The position numbers and the translations under genes are program-made. Below the pieces are notes generated by a model that did no database searches, was not told where the DNA came from, and worked only from the letters and a program-made list of their open reading frames with translations. A DNA stretch of 63,814 bases, the filler included, from Octopus bimaculoides (lineage: Eukaryota): NCBI RefSeq assembly GCF_001194135.2. It is 10 parts of 8 records of this genome, joined end to end, with 100 filler letters (N's around TTAATTAATTAA, not from the genome) between each part and the next. Parts side by side here need not be neighbours in the genome. Positions count along the whole stretch, not along the records: positions 53,385 to 61,325 come from NC_068982.1; positions 61,426 to 63,814 come from NC_068982.1; 8 more parts are not named here. One strand, written 5' to 3'. Position 1 is the first letter of the stretch; each line of letters begins with the position of its first letter. Below, one piece after another: positions 59,347 to 63,814 of the stretch.

Positions 59347-60110
59347 GGCCCATCTCGCAACGTCTGAGCAGATCGTTGAGGCAAGAGCTTACCTTCCTAA
59401 AACGATTCGAGCCAGCGTAATGTACATGTTCATCACAGATTGCGTTGAAGTCACCTAACACCACTAACGTGTGTGACGAACCCAGAAAGTTTTCCAGGTT
59501 TTTGAAAATGCCAAGCTGTCCTGTCCTGTCCCCACCGGAGCATAGACTGCCACCAACCTGTGAGGTTTGAATCTTCTCTTTTTCTCTTTTTTTTTCTCAC
59601 GTGCTCCCACTCTGTGTCTTCTTCTGTCTCTGTCGTCTCTTGAATAGGTATATCCTCTGCTTTCTTAGTTTTTGGTTGGAGTTTCGCCGACTTGTAGGTA
59701 TTTCTAGCGGTGGTGGAGGTACTGCTAGTTTTGTCGTCGGTGCAGCTTCTGGTGGTTTCTTCTTCGGTGGGGGGCTTCTTTCTCTGCCGCTGGTGGTGGC
59801 TCGCATTCAACCCTAATGTGCCCTTTTTGACCACATTTATAGCACTTGGGCTTCCTGTCATCCACGTTCACCCTCAACTTTGGTATGTTTAAGGAGAGTA
59901 ACGTGTCATGTTTCCATCAAAGAGTGTTATTTGTTCATGTCGTGCAAATCTGGTTGGACGTATTTAGTTCACATATAGTTGACTTTTGCATACAAAAGAG
60001 TGTTTGAAGAATGGTAGTACTTGTGTAAGAATATCTGTGATTAATCAGAATACAGGTAGACAACAGAAGTCATAACCGCGCCTTGGTGTACATCAGAGTT
60101 GATGGAAGTT
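59347..60110 (-). pseudogene. LINE relic: ORF1-like segment joined to an AP-endonuclease fragment (L1/Tx1-like)
   Basis: VLGDFNA endonuclease motif at ~59460; upstream basic/acidic ORF1-like tail EWEHVRKKKRKRE. Confidence 0.6.
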
Positions 60111-60282
60111 GGGATGGAGTCATCCGAGGACGTGAACACTGAAGGAGGCGATAATTATAAAAGATTTTAAATAAAAGCAAAAGAAAACAATTTTCTATGC
60201 CAATATACTGAAAAAGTAGACCTCAGATCGTCTGACCACATACACAATTTCTCACTATAAATACACAGCGTCTGGTTAGACG

Positions 60283-60540
60283 GCCCGGGGAAATAAATAT
60301 ATATTCCAACAAAACCTGTTGTCGGGTATGATAATGGTACTGTGTTTAAGACTGACAAACAGTTCACAAAAGATAGTGCATTGTTATTGCTGTTTTGTTT
60401 GGTCTCAGATCAACGACATTCTTTCAGTGGTATCCAGTTCTTATCTTTTTTCAGGCATGGTTTATCTAAGATTACAATTTCCAATGTACCCAAGATTACA
60501 ATTTCAGGTTTTGTTGGAATATATATTTATTTCCCCGGGC
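60283..60540. repeat. perfect 36 bp inverted repeat pair (60283-60318 / 60505-60540)
   Basis: GCCCGGGGAAATAAATATATATTCCAACAAAACCTG and its reverse complement. Confidence 0.95.
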
Positions 60541-60611
60541 TTTTCTGATGATTAACACTATTACCAAATTCCATATAAACCCTTTCCTTCTTTTCATAAT
60601 ATAGTGCTTTT

Positions 60612-60820
60612 AAGGCGACGAGTTGGCAGAATCGTTAGCACGCCGGGTAAATTGTTTAGCGGTATTTCATCTGTCTTTATGTTCTGAGTTCAAATTCGGC
60701 CGACTTTGCCTTTCATCTTTTCGGGGTCGATAAATTAAGTATCAGTGGCGTACTGGGGTTGATCTAATCGACTGGCCTCCTTCCCCAAAATTTCGGGCCT
60801 TGTGCCGAGAGTAGAAAAGA
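60612..60820 (+). mobile_element. family A SINE, full length
   Basis: TAAGGCGACGAGTTGGCAGAATCGTTAGCACGCCGGG...GGGCCTTGTGCC..GTAGAAAAG. Confidence 0.9.
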
Positions 60821-60989
60821 ATATTCGTAGTGCTTCTGGTCTTCTTTTTATTTCGTTATAGCAATATAGTCCATGATGTTCTTTTGCTGTTTAATATTAA
60901 GTTGGAACACCAAAATATTCATCAAGCACCCTGAAAAGCATTATCCACATCAAATTTAACTTCTGATAAAGAAATGTCTTAAAGGGTGA

Positions 60990-61160
60990 AGAGAGGCGTG
61001 GCTGTCTGGTTAAGAAGCTTGCTTCCTAACTATGTGGTACCAGGTTCAGTCAACTGAACCTGGCACCTGCACGGCACCTTGGGCGAGTATGTTCTACTAT
61101 TCTACTATTGCTTCAGACCAACCAATGCCCTGTGAATGGATTTGGCAGACAGAAGCCAAA
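60990..61160 (+). mobile_element. family C SINE 5' half
   Basis: GGCGTGGCTGTCTGGTTAAG...GGTTCAGTC...CACCTTGGGCGAG..TTCTACTAT. Confidence 0.8.
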
Positions 61161-61568
61161 TATATATATCGGTAACTAATTTCATGTTATTACATAACTG
61201 ACTTCACAATTTGGGTATTCATAACTTATTTGGAATTCCTAAGAACAAGATCCTGTGTAAGACAGTTCAGTATTCTCTGTAAATGCACAAAAACGGTTTT
61301 AAGGGCTACGCACTTTGTATTGTTANNNNNNNNNNNNNNNNNNNNNNNNNNNNNNNNNNNNNNNNNNNNTTAATTAATTAANNNNNNNNNNNNNNNNNNN
61401 NNNNNNNNNNNNNNNNNNNNNNNNNAAAAACAATTACTGCTGTGGTTTGTCAACAACACGTTCTGGTGGTGTAATGGGATCTTTTCCCTTGAATAAAATT
61501 ACTGCCGTTGTTTGTCAACAACTATCGGCGGTACTGTTATTTATGACATCGTTCGTGCGTTTGGACTG

Positions 61569-61696
61569 GTTTTAGCTTTAGGGTTTTAGGGTTAGGGTTC
61601 AGGTTTTAGAGTTAGGGTTAGGGTTTTAGAGTCAGGGTTAGGGTTTTAGGGTTAAGGATAGGGTTTAAGAGTTAGGGTTAGTGTTAGGGTTTTAGA
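61569..61696. repeat. interstitial telomere-like (TTAGGG/TTTTAGGG) array with a 20 bp higher-order period
   Basis: Units at 61581, 61601, 61621, 61641 and 61661 with consensus GGGTTTTAG(A/G)GTTAGGGTTA. Confidence 0.9.
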
Positions 61697-62216
61697 TAAT
61701 CTCGTTTCAAACCACTCACCCAATGAGTATTTTTGCCAAATTTGAACAGTTGCTTCATTTCCTAGAAATAGCAGCCAAATCTTCCTCAAATCAAACTCTA
61801 CCATCATTTACAAAATGTGCCAGACCTGACAACATCCACAGTGACAGACATGATAGCCATTATAGCAGCAGCAGCAACAGGCTATAGCGACAACAACAGC
61901 AGCAGCAACATTATTAATAGCAAAGCGCCTTCTTCATAGCCGGCAGTGCCGATAGCACTACCGACGCCACCACCAGCAACCCTGGCTCCAACAACACCAG
62001 CAGCTCTGGCTTCAACAACAACAACGTCGGTGACAGTGGCAGCAGCAACATCAACAACAGCAGCAAAAGCAACAACAGGTACAGCACCAGCAACACGCGC
62101 AGGGGCGAAAATATTACCGACACCATCACCACCACCACCCCCAGCGATGCCAACACTAACACCAGCACCCAACACCACCAGTAGCAACAACAACAACAAC
62201 AGCAGCACAACAGCAC

Positions 62217-62507
62217 GTGCCCACGAAATATGTGGGATGTACTGAGAATTCTCTCAAGCAATGTCTTTCCAAACATTTGTCCTCCTTCAGAGTTCCAGAA
62301 AGGAGATGCGTAACATCACTGGCCAGTCACGTCTGGCAACTAAGAGACGACGCAATACCATACCTGATCTCATGGAAAATCCCCCAAAACCCAGGCCCCT
62401 CCATCAACGGGATGAAACATTGCAAGTTAAGCATTACTGAACCCACGAACCCACTCATACCAGGGAGCATCCTTAACTCCAGCACGGAGATTTTCGGACC
62501 ATGTTAG
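62217..62507 (+). pseudogene. Penelope-like GIY-YIG fragment (same type as 58552-58893)
   Basis: KYVGCTENSLKQCLSKHLSSFR..TSLASHVWQLR..ISWKI..KHCKL parallels KTYTGASENSFKTRFYSH..TSLAKHVWELK..VTWEI. Confidence 0.8.
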
Positions 62508-62519
62508 AAGGCCATTCAA

Positions 62520-63009
62520 AGTAGACCTTACACATAGTTCCAGTAAGATGGGGCAACTACTCATGCCACAAGAGAAACAATGCAGTTGTTACAGCAATGC
62601 TTTGGAGAGAGAATAATCTCCCATTACAACAATGTCAACTGGCCTTCATATTCCCCAGACTTGACTAGCCCAGATTTTTTCTTGAGATACCTGAAAGAGA
62701 GGATTTACATCAACAAACCAGAGACCCTGAAGGAGAACATCAATAGAGAAATCAGAGAAGTGGGGTCTGAAACTTTTGAGGGTGTTATGGTGCAAGTTTT
62801 GGAAAAAGCACGGACATGCAAAACTGAAAATGGTGGCCATTTAAGCAATGTCATTTTTCATAGGTGATGTAGTGGTGTTGCAAAATTTGACTTGTGCATA
62901 TTAATTTCCATTATGTCGTTTATATTGTATCAAAATTTCATGCATTTATCTATAAGGTTAAAGAAGTTATTAAAAATTGAAACCCATCAATGACTTTTGG
63001 GACACCCTG
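62520..63009 (+). pseudogene. DD41D (rosa/Visitor) transposon 3' end with right TIR
   Basis: FQ*DGATTH..WPSYSPDLTSPDFF with exactly 41 residues between the two D; terminal ..GACTTTTGGGACACCCTG|TA (63009|63010-11). Confidence 0.9.
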
Positions 63010-63229
63010 TATTATTGTAGCACCAACACTAGTGAGGTTGCCTTGTATACATTTATACTAAAGAGTCCACACATGACTGCAGCATGGTTGTTTACTCAAG
63101 GTAATGTGACTGAGAATGTGGATAGACGAGAGAGAGATAAATGGAGAATGATGATGGAAGATGAACTGTAATGGGTGGGTGTACATTGCAAGGATATCGT
63201 CATTATGTCATCATCAACTCCATCATTAT

Positions 63230-63465
63230 CATAATCATTACCAGTGTTGTCATCATCATCACTGTTTTAGCGTCCATTTTTCCTTGCTTATATGGGTCTG
63301 ATGGAATTCATTAAGGTTGATTTTCTATGTCTTGGTGCACTTTCTGTTACCAACTCTTTGACCAGACATGTTTTTCATACAAGATTGGAAATAAATAACA
63401 CTTGCTTGTATGATGGTGACGTTCATTATAGCCCTCACACAATGTCAGGACAAGAGATACTCACA
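63230..63465 (-). mobile_element. family E retroposon
   Basis: (CAT)n..GCGTCCATTTTTCC..TGTTACCAAC..ACCAGACATGTT; similar to 35410-35685. Confidence 0.6.
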
Positions 63466-63490
63466 CACACATACATATATTTATATATAA

Positions 63491-63600
63491 CTAGCAGAAA
63501 TACCCGGCTTTGCCCGGGTTAAAGAGAATAATGAAATCTAAAAACGCTGTCTAGACTACGCAACCCTCAACTGTTAGTAGCTACGATACCATATTTCTAC
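63491..63600 (-). mobile_element. Helitron 3' terminus
   Basis: Minus strand ACCCGGGCAAAGCCGGGT hairpin, then ATTTCTG-CTAG|T. Confidence 0.8.
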
Positions 63601-63814
63601 ATTAATAACTCTCCAATCCATGCCAGCATGGAACATAGACATTAAGTGGAATGCCAGTCTCTCATCTGGGAAGGCCTTGAAATCAATGTTACCAACTGGG
63701 GACTATGTGCGTCGCAGTGATAATAAAAAGACTGAAAGGAGGTCTGCAACGAAATAATTTTACTCAACACTTTGCAAGTGAATCAGTGGAGGCAAAGATG
63801 CGTCTCATTTACTT

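Noticed and set aside
60541-60580. CTGATGA next to the 36 bp inverted repeat as a further hammerhead
   Set aside because: No downstream GAAA or stems could be assembled.
61882-62276. Mucin-like or signal-peptide-like ORFs on both strands
   Set aside because: CAG/CAA/CAC trinucleotide low complexity, open in several frames, with no splice context.

Overview
AT-rich, microsatellite-dense, gapped animal genomic scaffold. The SINE repertoire resembles octopus (coleoid cephalopod) DNA, which is an inference from recalled repeat families. Only one credible host coding segment is visible: a large internal or terminal exon on + (23646 to at least 24843, running into a gap) encoding a low-complexity, probably disordered polypeptide I cannot name. 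The rest is intron or intergenic DNA filled with decayed mobile elements: several tRNA-derived SINE families (my working labels A-F), two R4/Dong-type RLE LINE relics, L1/Tx1-like relics, three Penelope-like (GIY-YIG) relics, Tc1/mariner relics of the DD34D, DD37D and DD41D types, MITEs (mariner, pogo/Tigger, hAT, piggyBac-like) and Helitron ends. The most interesting signals are hammerhead ribozymes. (1) A tRNA-headed SINE-like element carries a minimal Penelope-type type I hammerhead and sits as a head-to-head inverted cluster (31816-32460). It is a candidate Pol III-driven, Penelope-mobilised ribozyme SINE. (2) A 1.8 kb element in (TA)n is bounded by ~170 bp inverted repeats, each holding a long-stem-II hammerhead (17531-19321). 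Most ORFs in the supplied track are microsatellite or N-gap artefacts. Boundaries of decayed repeats are approximate (about 10-30 bp).
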